A stretch of 64,000 bases of DNA from Camelus dromedarius. Its lineage: Eukaryota. The stretch is from NCBI RefSeq assembly GCF_036321535.1, contig NC_087447.1, positions 49,726,001 through 49,790,000 on the forward strand. Direction: 5' to 3'. Every line of letters begins with the position of its first letter. The first letter of the stretch is position 1. Made by a program: the position numbers and the translations under genes. Positions 1-12,547 of this stretch are shown piece by piece. The notes beneath the pieces are model-generated. The model had not been told where the DNA came from, searched no databases, and was given only the letters and a program-made list of their open reading frames with translations.

Positions 1-610
1 GAACTCCGTGTTTCATAAGAAGTAGCTCCTGTGGCCGGGGTGCAGGGTACGTGGAGGCCAGAGAGGCTGGAGCAGGAGGGGATATGGGCCAGCCATGGGG
101 AGCCTAAAAGCCAGGCTGAGCTGCTTGGGCTGTGCCTCAACGTTATGAGAAAGCCATGAGAGACTTTAATTAGAGGGGAGATAGGACCAGATTTATCTTT
201 GAGAGAAGGGCAGAGAGTGGACAGAAAGAGGGCTGGGCAGAAAGAATGTCTCTGTCTTCTCTGAGGTCCCAAAGGATGGAAACTAGAAGCAGTTCATCCA
301 GTGACTTCCCCACCAGGCATTTACTGAGCACCTGGTGAGTGCAGACTGCTTTACTGGACAGAGAGGGAGGCAGAGGGGGAAGAGCAGAGTGAATGAGGCA
401 GCCTGGTACAGTGGGGAAAAGGGGCCTCAAACCCATGCTCCCAGTGTGACACTGGGTGGACTGCATTCCCTCCTTCTTGAAGGCACAGGTGGTAAATCTC
501 TTCCTCCTGGAGGCGGGGCTGGACAGGACGGTGCTGCTGGTGCCAGGCAGAGGGGGAGGCCTTCTTTTTTCACACCTCTGACCACTCACAGTTCCTGCTT
601 CCCTCCCCAG

Positions 611-789
611 CCAGTGTCTGCACTGTGGTCTTCATAGGCCTCCTGTTCACAAGATTCTGGTTCTTCAGTGTCCTATATGCGGCCTGGTGGTCCCTGGACC
701 GAGACAAGCCATGGCAGGGGGGCAGGCGCATCGAGGCCTTAAGACGCTGGGTCGTGTGGAAGTACATGAAGGACTATTTCCCCATCTCA
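611..789 (+). CDS. MOGAT2: MOGAT2-like coding exon 2 (..[15 protein letters not shown]...[11 protein letters not shown])
   Basis: Acceptor cttccctccccag|611 and donor 789|gtgagt; 179 nt; transmembrane segment and YFP motif. Confidence 0.93.
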
Positions 790-3207
790 GTGAGTAATGG
801 GGCTGGCTGAGGGTGGCCAGGACCATAGTGCCCCATGGGGAAGTGCCGGCATGTGTGCAGTAAGCAGAGTACTGGGCTGGGAGGCAGGAACCAGGCTTCC
901 ACCATTATGTAGCCTGGGGACAAGTCCAGCTTGTCTGGTCATGATTTCCCATCTGCAATATGTGGGGCCAATACAATGGTTGATGAATGATCCAGGATTT
1001 GAAGGAGCTGAGGGCTGTAGAGTGTGGCACACATGTGTATCTTACAGGTGTAAACCACTCAGCAGCCGTGCTCGGGGGTGCAGGTATTAAAGTCATTCCT
1101 TAGAGAACATCTAGCCCCACACTTCATCAGATAAGACTATCACCCAGCAAAGTTTTTAAGTTTGTGCATAACTTTGGGTAAAGAAGCAAGATGGAGAGCC
1201 TTGAACTGGTTCTCAGGATCTATCTTATCCCAGAATATGATATGTATGCTGTGTCCTTGGACAAAGCCTTGCCCAATTTGATCCTCATTTTCCATGTGCA
1301 TCCAGTAAGCATACTGCTGCCTCCTACTTTGAGTGCCTCTTAATCTCTGACTCTCTGACTCAGGGGACCCCAGGACCTCCTGGACTGCAAGATCAGTCAT
1401 GATTAAAGTAGACTCCTTGATTTGAGTGAACTGAGCCTTCTGCTCCTTTCTTGTATCACAGAAAGATTAAATCCTGGGATGTAAGCCCCTGGGCAGGGAT
1501 GGTTTATTGTCCAGATAGGATTGGAAAAGCACTGGGACACAGAGAGTTGCCAGACAGGGTTAGGTGGCCCTCCTCAGGAAACAGGAGAGAAGACCTGTAT
1601 AGAATGTGACCCATGGTGCTAGTGAATTAGGTTGCAATACCAGGTCTGCAACATAGCAGCTGTGTGAACTTGGGTAAGTTACAGTCTCCCTGAGCCTTGA
1701 TTTCCTCTTAAGTAAAGTGGAGAGGATGCTACATACATCACTGGATTGTGCGGATTCCTTGAGACATCGGGTCATCCTGGAGCCTCTAAAGGACAGCATC
1801 TGGCTGTATTTGTACCTGGAGCTGCTGCCAGTTTCAAATCTGGCAGAAAAATGATGCTGAGCAGCTTTATGCCTGACTATTCACTACTCTCCTGCCCTTT
1901 CTCCAGCCAGGTACCTCTCAAGGAGGGTTTTTCAATCCAGGCACTGTTGAACTTGATTTGTAGAAATTCCACATGAACAGTGTTTATGATTGTGGCCCAC
2001 TGTAGTCCTGTGGCATACCGCCTCCAGAGGGTGGGCAGTACTACTAGCCGGCCAGCAGAGGGGGGCATGATGTGCACGTTGACTTGCTTGTCCTGAGTTG
2101 GAAGCCTGCATAGGTGAAGCTGTGGTCTGCAGATTCTGGACCTACCACCCTCCAGGAGACCCTCCAACTCTTCCACACACTTTACAGGGCAGGCCCTGCA
2201 GGGATCTTGGGGTGGCCAGGAGGTATGGAGCCCCTAGTAGGGAGTCTCTGCTCTGTTGGAGCTCCCCAACACTCATAAGCCTCTGCACTCCCTGTCAAAT
2301 GCATGTAAAACCTTGATCCTCCAACAATTCTTACTGTAATTTTGTGAACTATCATCTACTGATGAATTTCAGGCAAAATTAGGAAACTGTCTGGGCCTTG
2401 GAGATTTCTAAGCCCACCCTATAGGTTTCCTAAAGAACTAATGATGGAGAATCGGTCAGTGTTTCCCCCAGGAGGTACTGTCTCCACCTCATGCTAAAAA
2501 CCAGTCAAGGGACTGAGTTTCTCCTGTGAAGATCTTAACGTCCCGGAGCCACACTGTCTCCCCAGGCCCAGGGCGGAGGAGGGGTGAAGTGCTGTGTCCA
2601 GGCTGTGACCTGGTGTCAGGAAATGCTGCAGGCACTGGGCAGTGCAGGACACCTCCCTGACCCTCCCGACCCCCCACAGATATCACTAGAGACTTCGTGC
2701 CCCTCTCCCAGCCCCCACCTCCCAGCACACTGGGGTATTTTAAACTGAGTAACAGGGACTCAGGGGCCAGCCCCGCACCCAGGACAGAACTCCAGCTGAC
2801 ACAGCCCTCGGACAGATGCTCACTTCCTCCTGCCGTGGCTCCTTCATTATGGGAGGGTCTGCCTGTGACAGATCTTCCTGCACATGGGGCAGGGCGGGTC
2901 TCCGGTCACCTCCCAGGAGTCCTACCTCTGCCTTGGGCAGGGCTTCCTCCTATCGACCTCATCCCTTCACAGGTCGTTCTTTCCCTCCTTCATTCCCTGG
3001 TCCTTCCAGAGCATCTCCTCTGTTCCAGGCCTGCATTGGGACCAGGGATGCCTCAGACAGGTGACCTCTACTCCCAAGATCCTCAGATGATGGCCTGATA
3101 TCATTCGGGGACAGGGACACATAGAAGAGGGCAGCACAGAAAGTCAACTGTGAGGCCAGGGAGGGCACAAGGTCCAGCCCAGATTCACCAGGTTGTTGTC
3201 CCTGCAG

Positions 3208-3412
3208 CTGGTCAAGACCGCCGAGCTGGACCCCTCCCGGAACTACCTTGCTGGCTTCCACCCCCATGGGGTTCTGTCCATCGGATCCTTTACAAATCTG
3301 TGCACTGAGAGCACCGGCTTCACATCGCTGTTCCCCAGCATCTACCCTCATCTGACAACAATGAACATGTTTTTCCGAGTCCCCTTCTTCAGGGATACCA
3401 TCATGACAGTGG
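3208..3412 (+). CDS. MOGAT2: MOGAT2-like coding exon 3 ([13 protein letters not shown]...FHPHG...)
   Basis: Acceptor ccctgcag|3208 and donor 3412|gtaagt; 205 nt; catalytic HPHG at 3259-3270. Confidence 0.95.
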
Positions 3413-3724
3413 GTAAGTCTTCACACCCCTGGGTAGCCAGGAAGATGAGGGCTGGAGGCACAGAAGAAGGATTTTAGGGAGGGCTGCCAACAGTTCTGTA
3501 CTGTGTCCAAGAGTATGTGTATATAGAAGGAGGCTAGACCCAAGGAAGGACTTCCCACAGCTCTATGCCAGCAATGAGCTGGGCTAGGGCTTGGATAGAG
3601 AGAGAGGAATCGGTCCCAGCCTCAAAGAACTCCCAGCTGAGAAGGGAGGTGGGGACCAGGACACACCTTGTCCCACAGACCCTGCCCCCTCACCCCATAC
3701 CTGACCACTTTCCTATCTCCCCAG

Positions 3725-3899
3725 GGCTGATCTCATCAGACAAGGAGAGCTGTTCTCACATTCTGAGCAGGAATGGAGGTGGCAACCTGCTGGGTATCAC
3801 TGTAGGAGGCACCAAAGAGACACTGAATGCCAGGCCCGGATCCAGCAGGCTGGTGCTTCGCAACCGCAAGGGCTTCATCAGACTCGCCCTGATGCACGG
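3725..3899 (+). CDS. MOGAT2: MOGAT2-like coding exon 4 (LISSDKES...[14 protein letters not shown])
   Basis: Acceptor ctccccag|3725 and weak donor 3899|gtatcg; 175 nt; RKGF motif. Confidence 0.93.
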
Positions 3900-4525
3900 G
3901 TATCGGGCTCTCTGTGGACCTGGAGAGTGACAAGGGTTGTATTTTGGTGGGAAGGCAGCAGACATTAATGCAGAGTGTATTTTGGGAGGAGATTATCAAT
4001 TTGTTTACAGTGAAGATTCTATATGATGAAGGATGTACTGTCTCATGCCTAAATACCCTAAGAAGATACCAGAAGAGAGACTAGGTGATCAAACAACTAG
4101 GTGTGAGTGCTTATATGGCCCAGAGCTGGCATTAGATCTGAGACCTACTGGATCTGGGAGAGTGGACTTTGGGGTGAAGCTTAGAGTTGTTCCTCTACCT
4201 TAATGTACTTTTAAAGACTAGAAGTTAGCTGGAGTAGATTTTTCTAGAAAATTTGCAGAGGTTTTATATCTGGGAGGACCCTCTGAAGCATTCTGGTCTG
4301 CCTGTCATGGTACAAATGGGAGGTGGCGGCCCTGAGAGGAGCCAGGACCTGCCCACAGTCACAAAGGGAGGCCATGGCAGGACTGGGAGACACGCGGGGC
4401 CTCCCACTTCCAGCCCAGGGCTCTGTCCTCTGCTGCAATCCCTGGTCACTGGTCCCTGCAGGAAGCTAGGTGACCAGCTTGCACCTCCTGGCAATTCCCA
4501 CATGCCCTCTCCTGTCTCCCTCCAG

Positions 4526-4725
4526 GGCATCTCTGGTACCGATCTTCTCCTTTGGGGACAATGACCTATTTGACCAGTATGAGAACTCTTCCGGCTTCTG
4601 GTGGCAATGGTTCAATGACAAACTATACAAGATGACTGGTATCAACATCCCGCTCTTCCATGGCCGTGGTGTCTTCCAGTACAGCTTTGGTCTTCTGCCC
4701 TACCGCCGGCCCATCACCACTGTGG
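4526..4725 (+). CDS. MOGAT2: MOGAT2-like coding exon 5 ([13 protein letters not shown]...PYRRPITTV)
   Basis: Acceptor ctccctccag|4526 and donor 4725|gtgagc; 200 nt. Confidence 0.94.
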
Positions 4726-4934
4726 GTGAGCCAAGACCCGGGCCGGAGCGGGTAGGCTACAGGGCAAGGGGCCCGGGCTGTGTGCTGCAAGGGGCTTTGG
4801 ACGTGGGCCAGGCACATCCTTGCCCTCGTGGAGCTCACATCTACACTGGGAAACAGACACACAGGCAGAGGACCCGGATGTAAGGCATCTGGGATGGGAA
4901 CTGTTTACAGACGCACAAAGGACAAGTCACTACT

Positions 4935-5140
4935 GATGACTGAGCACCTGCTGTGTACCAGGCACTGCACTGGCTCCCTTACACGTAGCAACTCAGTTAT
5001 CCCAACAACCACAGAGACGGGGCCTATCGTCCCCATTTCATGGATGGTAAACTGAGACTCAGAAAAGTTAAATAACTCCCAAAGGATCACACTACCCGAG
5101 AGTAACAGAGGTGAGGTTTGAATCAGGATCTGTGTGACTT
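4935..5140 (-). mobile_element. MIR SINE
   Basis: Reverse-complement MIR core (cccatttca...aaactgagactcagaaaagttaaataact...gtttgaatc). Confidence 0.7.
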
Positions 5141-5754
5141 TTTATTATGCCACAGAAGGAGGGTTTAATTCTGACCCAGAGGAGCTAATAAGGCTTATCG
5201 GAGAAGGCAGATACAAGGGAAGGGCATTTTAGGTCTGTTAGAATTGTGTGTAAAGTAGCACCGACAGGCCTTCAATTAGAGCCTGAGGGATTTTCCTGTG
5301 ACTAATGAGCAGGGACTTCATGTGTGGACGGGGCACCATGTACAGCAGCTGTTTGGGCATCTTCTTTGCTTTCTTCCTGGATTCCAACTAGGTTCCTCTG
5401 GCAAAGCTTGTAGGGTTGGGTCTGTTCATCTCCAACCACCCAGTCCATACTTGGTTGAGTACTGACTTGGTCAGCCCCCTACACCAGAACTTTCCCTGGG
5501 TTGTGTGGCAGTGTTTTCATGAATGTTCACACTGCTGCTGCCTCCAGAGCCATTGCCAAGAGCAGAAGGCAGGGCAGCTGAGCCCGGGACACCCAGAGGA
5601 GGGAGGAAGATAGGGGGTGAGCATGGAGGGGGAGGCGGGGAGAAGAGCTGCTTGGGCTGTGGGCCCGCCTCCTCCCAGAGATCCAGGCACCTCTAATCAC
5701 GGCATCTGAGCGCCCAGAACCCGAGGTCCTGGAGGTTGAGGGCACATCTCCAGG

Positions 5755-5920
5755 GTTTAAAACCTGGCACTGATTCTTCCTGGCTGCGTGACCGTGAACT
5801 AGTTACTTAACCTACCTGAGCCTTATTGCCTCCCCTACAGACGGGAATAGTAGCAGGTTCTGTCCCCACAGGATTGTTAGGAGGATTGAAGGTGTTAGTC
5901 GTGTAAAGCACCTAGCATGT
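5755..5920 (+). mobile_element. MIR SINE
   Basis: gtgaccgtgaactagttacttaacctacctgagcc...ggattgttaggaggattgaa...gtaaagcacctagca resembles the MIR consensus. Confidence 0.65.
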
Positions 5921-6131
5921 TCCCTGACAGGAGGCAATGCCAGCTGGGGGTGTTATTATTTCACAATCTTGCAGTTGTCCTAACATCTTGGGTGCATCAC
6001 CAAAAACTGAATTGAAAGGGAGGCAGTAAGGGTACTGTCCTATAGGTATGGCCACAGGCCACACCTGCCCCAAGGGCTCCAGGACTCCGGTGGTTCCCGC
6101 TCTGGGCCACCACCCACCTCGTGTCTTGCAG

Positions 6132-6286
6132 TGGGGACGCCCATCGAGGTGCAGAAGACACCGCACCCCTCGCAGGAGGAGGTGGACAGGCTGCACCAGC
6201 GCTACCTCCAGGAGCTGAGCAACCTCTTCGAAGCCCACAAGCTCAAGTACAACGTCCCCATCGACCAACACTTGGAGTTCTGCTGA
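6132..6286 (+). CDS. MOGAT2: MOGAT2-like terminal coding exon 6 ([13 protein letters not shown]...DQHLEFC*)
   Basis: Acceptor tcttgcag|6132; stop TGA at 6284-6286; 155 coding nt. Confidence 0.94.
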
Positions 6287-9200
6287 GCGCCTCCCCACAG
6301 GGGGGCCGCCCTGAGGGGCAGAGCTGGCACTAGGGAGCAGAGAGGGAGGGGCTGTGATCCCAGAAGGCTTCCTGGAGGTGTATGTCGAACCCATCTCCAG
6401 AGCCTTCACTGACTCCTGCAATTCCAACGCACGCCAGGCCCCGAGTCACAGCTGACAACGTGGCGGAGGAGACCTGACTCTGACATCAGTGATGTGCCCT
6501 CGTGCTGTGACTCCTCTGCAAGGGGCTCTCTCCTTGGTCTGTGCATCTAGAGACGGGAGAGCTGCTGGGGTCTCTGTGCTTCTGGTCCTGTCACTCGATG
6601 AGCAGGACAAAGAGCAGCAATCGATTAGCAGGTTTTTCTTCCTCTGCCTTGATGACAGAACAAAAGAAGCCACCAGCTCCAGCTTTCTCCTACCAGCTCC
6701 CTCACCCTGTATTCTGCCCGTCCCAGCTCCCCTTCCCTGAGCTGGAGAGGAGGGTGTGCTCATGAAGCCCCCGCACTCCCCTGGGTGACTTTGAGTTTCG
6801 GAGTCCTCTGAGCCCTGGGACCGGCCGCCAGAGGTGCCTGGAAGGTGGGTAAGAAGAACTGTGCTGTGTCTGTGGCTGAATGATGTGGACAGACCTCTTC
6901 GCCCTCCCTCTGAGCGTCAGTTTCCCCGACTGACTAAGATGACCTGAGTCTCAGTTTTGATGTCACACAGGGGAGAGCTCCATGTGGCAGATCCTCCTTG
7001 TCCTTTGTTACTTCAGGTCCTGACCTTGTACAGAAAGGGGCCTCCATAAATGTCAGTTCAACAAATGAAAGGATTCAATTTCAGTTTCCTATGGGGAGGC
7101 CTCACCTTTGATCCCCAGCCTACTCTGTGTTTCTATCTCCCCTTCCCAGATGGTGGGTCAGATGGACAGAGAATGGCATGTTGCCTCTTCCTGAATGGTT
7201 AGCTCAAACTTACCACCTCTGCCCTGTCCTGTGGGAGGGAAGGGGGATGTTATATAAAGACACAGGGCAGATCAGCACAGAGAACAAAGACCACACATGA
7301 GGAGTGAATGTTTGCATGTGTCTACAAGGAGGGTAGAAGGGGACCTGACCCCGATTAGAAGAATTCTGGTTTCCTAGTTCTGGGACATGTGTCAGTAGTG
7401 AGGGGACAGGATGGCAGAGAATGACCAGTACTGTGAATCCCCACACTTAGAGCAGGAAAGCAAGTTCTTTTCTTTCCACAAGCTAATCACACCAATCACT
7501 ACAAACAGGAAAAAGTTTTAAAATGTAAATTTGGGTTCAAGCCATAGCCCACCCCATTTCAGTGACCCTGGGCAAGTCACATCACCTCCAAACCTGAGTT
7601 TTGTCATTGGAGAAATAAGGATCACAATATCCAGTTCGGATTTTGCGAGTGGAATAGATAATATCATAAGACAACCAGCCAGTCTGCATCCTGTCTGGAA
7701 TGATGGGGAGTACATGTAAATTATGTGTCAGGTCATAAATGTGCCCAGTGCCTCATAAAGTCTTGTTATCCTTTGAGACCGTGTGCTCTAGGGTCACAAG
7801 AGAGATAGAAGTAAAGAGCAGTGAGGTTCACAGGATGGAGTGATGGTTTCCACCAGGGGTAGAAGGAGGACGTGACAGGCAGGCAGTCCCTGAAGGAAGG
7901 GCAAGATTTGCCGAGGAGAGAAGTACCCGCCCATTGCAGTGTTCTATTACTGGGTGATGAACCGCTGCAAACCTTAGTGGCTGAAGACAGCAAGGATTTA
8001 TTATGTTCACACTCCTGTGGGTTCCTGAGTACTTCTCAGTCTTCCTGGGCTTCATGCAGCTGCATTCAGCGGTGGGTCTGCTGGGGCTGGGACAGCTGGG
8101 GGCCTGCCCGACTGGCCTCTCTTTGCAGGTGGAGGCTGGGCCCCCCTTTCTCCTGTTTTGCTTTGTTGTGTTCACATTGGCCGGTTTCAAAAGAATTAAG
8201 GGCAATTCTGCAAGGTCTACTAAGTCCTCACTGCACGACTTGTACAGCATCACTTCTCTGCCTTTTGTTGGTCAAAGCAAGTCAAGAGGCCCATGAAGAT
8301 TTTTGGGGAGAGGAGTTGACCCCACCTATTCCTGGGAGGAGCAGCAGGTCACCCACAAAAGACCAGGACACAGGGAGGGATTCTTGGGGCCATCTTTGCA
8401 AACAGTCTACCAAAAAGTATAAATGAAAGCCTGCTGCAGGCTACATCGCCCTTCCCACCCCACATACCCTGCCACACCCTTTGTGACCGAGATAAAACCC
8501 CGCTTTGCCCTGAGGGCCCCAGCTCAGCTCCGCATGCTGCTGTCCCCATCTTGCTCATTCCCTACTTGAATCCTTCCAGGGCTCTCACTCCTAAGGTTAG
8601 TTTGTATCAGCCTGGATCCCAGCAGGGACCAGATGCCATATTGTAGTTAGGATCATTTATCATTTTAACCAAGGAACAATTCTCCCAGGAGTGTGCAGGG
8701 TGTGGGAAACCCAGGAGGGAGCAGTCATCCAGTCTGTGGCAGCGGGCAAAGTGCGGCTACCACCCTGAGGCCTAGAAGGACGAGAGGAGGCAGCAGTTAC
8801 CTAAACCAGGAGGGTGCCCTGTGCAGGGTGCAGGGGCCAGGTGGGTGGAGGAGCCCAGGAGTCGCTGGGTGACCCTGCAGGGAAGGAGACTTCCCACCTC
8901 ACTGTCCTCCCTCCATCTCATGCCAAGGCTCCCCATTGCCTGAACCCACGTGGAAGCTGGAGGGCACAGGCCCTTGGATGCCATCCATACAGGTGGTCTC
9001 CCTGGAAGAGCAGGGTGGACATGGATGGACAGTGGGTCTGGAGGGGTCAACAGAAGACAAGATGTCCATCTCCAAGCCCAAGCTTCTTTTCCTGCCTCCC
9101 CACTTTCCACCATCTCGCTCAGTGTTTTCCCTCCTCCCCCTCCTCCTCTCTTAGCTGTATGCTCCCGTCTTAACGGACCTGCTTTCCTTCCACCAGCCAT

Positions 9201-10159
9201 CCTTCTCTCTCACCTCTGGGCTTTGCTTATGCTGTTCTCTATGCCTGGAATGCCTTCTCTGCAAAAAACATCCTCCTTTCTCAGGGTAATTCCTAATCAT
9301 CCTTCAGTCCTAGTTTCATATTCTAAAGGAAGCCTTCCCTGATGCCCCTGATGAGATAGAAGTTTCACTGGGTTCTGCAGACCGACTTCCCCTTCCTCTG
9401 CCGTAGACCCAGCACCCTGGATGGTCACTGGGTGGTCACAGTGCTATGCGCTGACTGGTAGCCCTGCCTCCGGTGCCCTCCCTCCAGCCTGCCTATACAT
9501 AGAACATGTATCTTCTTCTCAAACAAAACCCAACTCCCCCAAATGCTCTCCAATGGCTCAGGATACGCCTAAACTCCTCCTCAGCCTGGCATTCAAGGCC
9601 CTTTCTCATGTGCCCCAGAAAACCTCTCCAGTTTCACCTCCTAGACCTTCTCCCCTGCAGCCAGCCCCTCAGTGCTTGCTGAACACACACTGCTCTCACA
9701 CCTGCCGCATCCTGGGATATGCTGATCCCTTTTCTATGATTCTCTTTGTCCTCAACCTGGTCAAACAAAGGGCGCCCACCTCCTTTGTCAAACCTCAGCA
9801 CACCACAGCCACCCTCAACCCTGCTCTCCTGCCCCACTGGCCTGAATCACAGTTGGGTACCCCTCTGGTGGACTAGCTTGGGAGTAAAAGGGCTGTGGCC
9901 ATTACTGGCTGAGTGGACTCCTAAGTTTCCAGGGGCCTGGGAACCCTGAGGCCCAGACCACATCCTTGTGCCTCCAGCGCGCCTCCCCCCCACAGCCTCC
10001 ACGCTGAGGACCTGGTCACCTCAGCATCCCCAGGGAGCATGGGAAGTTGCACAAATGACTCTCATACATGCCTTCTCTCCATGCCAAGCCTGGGCAGGGG
10101 TGTTGGGAAAGACCAGCACTTGCCTTTCGGGTGATTAAATTAGTCATCTGTCCTGTGGA

Positions 10160-10632
10160 GCTCCAAAACGTAGCTGCTTTAAACAACTAACATTTACCTT
10201 CTCATGGTGTCTGAGGGTCAGGATCTGGGAGCAGCTGCCTGGAGGATTCGAGCTCAGGTCTCTCATGAGGAGGCAGCCAAGCTGTTGCCGGGGCTACTGT
10301 GGAGGGTCCACTCCCAGGTGACCCACACGGCTGTTAACAGAGACCTGGGTGCCTAACATGTGGGCCTCTCCATAGGGCTGCTAATTGCCAATGATACTGT
10401 TTCTCCCAGGTTAAGAGAAAGGGACAGAGACAGATACAAAGACAGAAAGAGAGAGACAGAGACACAGAGAGAGAAGCCACGGTGATTTTTACAACCTAAC
10501 TTGAATCACTTGCCATCAATTCTATCATATTCAATCGGTTCAATGTGAGACACTCAATTTAGTCCACACTCCCTACCAGGGTGTGATACCAGGAAGCAAG
10601 ATGACTGGGGGCCTCTAGGAGGCAGTTTCCAC
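10160..10632 (-). mobile_element. MaLR (MLT1-type) LTR
   Basis: gctttaaacaactaacattt...tctgagggtcagga...tgggcctctccatagggctgct; similar to the copy at 62156. Boundaries approximate. Confidence 0.6.
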
Positions 10633-12363
10633 AGCAACAGTGGATGAGCCCTCAGAGGCTGCCTTGGGCAACCCCAGCGCTGGGGATGCTGCACAAGGCA
10701 GCCTGCCTGGAGGACAGAGGCTGAGCTGGTCATAAAGCAGGTCCCCACGTGGGTGGGATAAAGGTTTGAGCAAAGGTCAGAGGTGGGAATGATGGCCTTG
10801 ACCCCTGGCTTGGCTGGGGTGGAGGGCAAGGTGACCATCAAACTTTGGGCTCCAGGAGGGGAGATGGGGGGATGGGGAGAGACTTGAGTGGCCAGAGGGA
10901 AGGGGACTGCCCCTCATTCATTGCATCCTTGGAAGCCCCATGTTGAAAACATCAGCCACACAAGATGGGAGCAGGGAGCCTGATCTCAGAGGAGGGCTGC
11001 CTAGACAGTTACCCAGATAGGAATGTCCTCGCTGGACTTTGTGTGAACAAAAACATCCGTTTACTGTGTTACATGCTGAGATTGGGGAGTTTGTTAAGCA
11101 GTGGCCTCCCCATTGATACAGCGAGCCAGGAGCTGCACTGGCAAGGGTTCAGTAGGTAGTACACAGCACCTGCCACCTGCCACCCCTCAGGGCTCCCAGC
11201 CGGCCTGAGGGGGCCTTGCCCTGTGTGGGGAGATCTCCCTCCTGACAAGATCTCCCTCTTGACACGTGCAGGCTCAGGCAGCCTGAGGACCACAGGACCA
11301 GCCAGGCCTGGTGGAGAAGGTCAGAGGCCCTCAGGGATGGGAGAGCTGGAGTCTCCTCTGGAAATCAGGCTGCCCTTCGACCTGGGAGAAGTTCTAGGCC
11401 ATCACCGCCCACAGGGGACAAAGGGCCTGGGGCCCAGCCTGTCTGGCACTGCCTGATGATGGCGGGTGGAACAGGGTCAGCCAGCACAGCACTGCCAGCA
11501 GCCATGGGACCCGGGCTCCGCGTCTCAGGGGGACTGGACTTTGCTAGGTTCAGGAGGAGCAGAGGTGGGAGGATGGGAGCTGCTGAGCCAGCAAAGGCAG
11601 AGAGGAGGAGAGGGCAGAGCACAGCCGGTGAGCTTACTGCCGAGGGTCAGGGTCAAGGTGAGGTTTAGGGAACAGGGGGCTGAGGTTTACACCTCTGTGC
11701 AGCACACTTCTACTGAGATAGAGGAGGCACAAGGCAGACGGGTCCCTGACAATGCTTGGCCTCTGTCTGGGGGAACTAATGTCCAGTGAAGGAGTCAAGT
11801 AGGGAGGAGCCCTGGGAGGTGCTTGAGCTGGAGTGGGCAATGGGTGGGTCACAGGGACAGCGGATGCCTTGGGCTGACCTGGGTGTCTGTCTTAGTGACC
11901 CCAGGGAAGGGCAGAGTCAGATCCCTGAACCACTTGCTGAGAACCTACCGCGTACTAGGGTCCAGGTGGATGCTTCACACGTATTATCGCTGTGACACAC
12001 ACAGTGAGCGTTTCATAATAAAAATTGTTCATGTCCGAGAGTTTAGAGTCCTCTCTGGAATCCTGGTCCCAATATGAAGTTCCCCTGCCCGGGCAGCTAT
12101 CACGTGCTGCTCTCACCTGCCTGGTCTGGTCTCAAACTGGGTAGAATGGTACTTGGAACTGGCAGGGGCATTAAAGCCAGCCAGGCACACAGCGCCACCC
12201 ACCTGCTGCATGTGGAACCCCATGCAGTTCACAGCCCCTCACTGAGTCTCAGTTTCTTCACCTGTAAGTGGATCATCAATAAATAAGTGTTGGATAAATT
12301 ATAGTTCTTCCTCACCCCTTCTCCTTATAAGTGCTAGGAAATGGTTTCAAAAGACCTATGAGA

Positions 12364-12547
12364 TAGATAAATGACAAGGACCTAGTGTGTAGAACAGGAA
12401 AATATTCAATTTCTTGTAATGGGCTGTAATGAAAAATCATCTAAAAAATGGACTTATTTATGTATACGTATAACTGAACCACTTTGCTGTACACATGAAA
12501 CTAACATTGTAAATCTACTATACATCAATAAAAATAAGAATTTTAAA
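12364..12547 (+). mobile_element. 5'-truncated L1 3' end
   Basis: L1 3'UTR motif ataactgaaccactttgctgtacac...aacattgtaaatc...aataaa and an A tail; TSD aaaagacctatgaga (12349-12363) / aaaagacctgtaaga (12548-12562). Confidence 0.8.

Larger units (their letters stand above)
611..6286 (+). other. MOGAT2: MOGAT2 / MOGAT2-like gene span (2-acylglycerol O-acyltransferase 2), 5'-partial: join(611..789,3208..3412,3725..3899,4526..4725,6132..6286)
   Basis: Five AG/GT-flanked exons (179, 205, 175, 200, 155 nt) splice into one open frame with YFP, HPHG and RxGFxxxAxxxG motifs, ending HLEFC*. It lies immediately upstream of DGAT2, as in other mammals. Ortholog versus paralog status is uncertain. Confidence 0.9.

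Noticed and set aside
5912..6427. 171-aa minus-strand ORF, and similar ones opposite DGAT2 exons 7 and 8
   Set aside because: Antisense shadows of GC3-rich coding exons.
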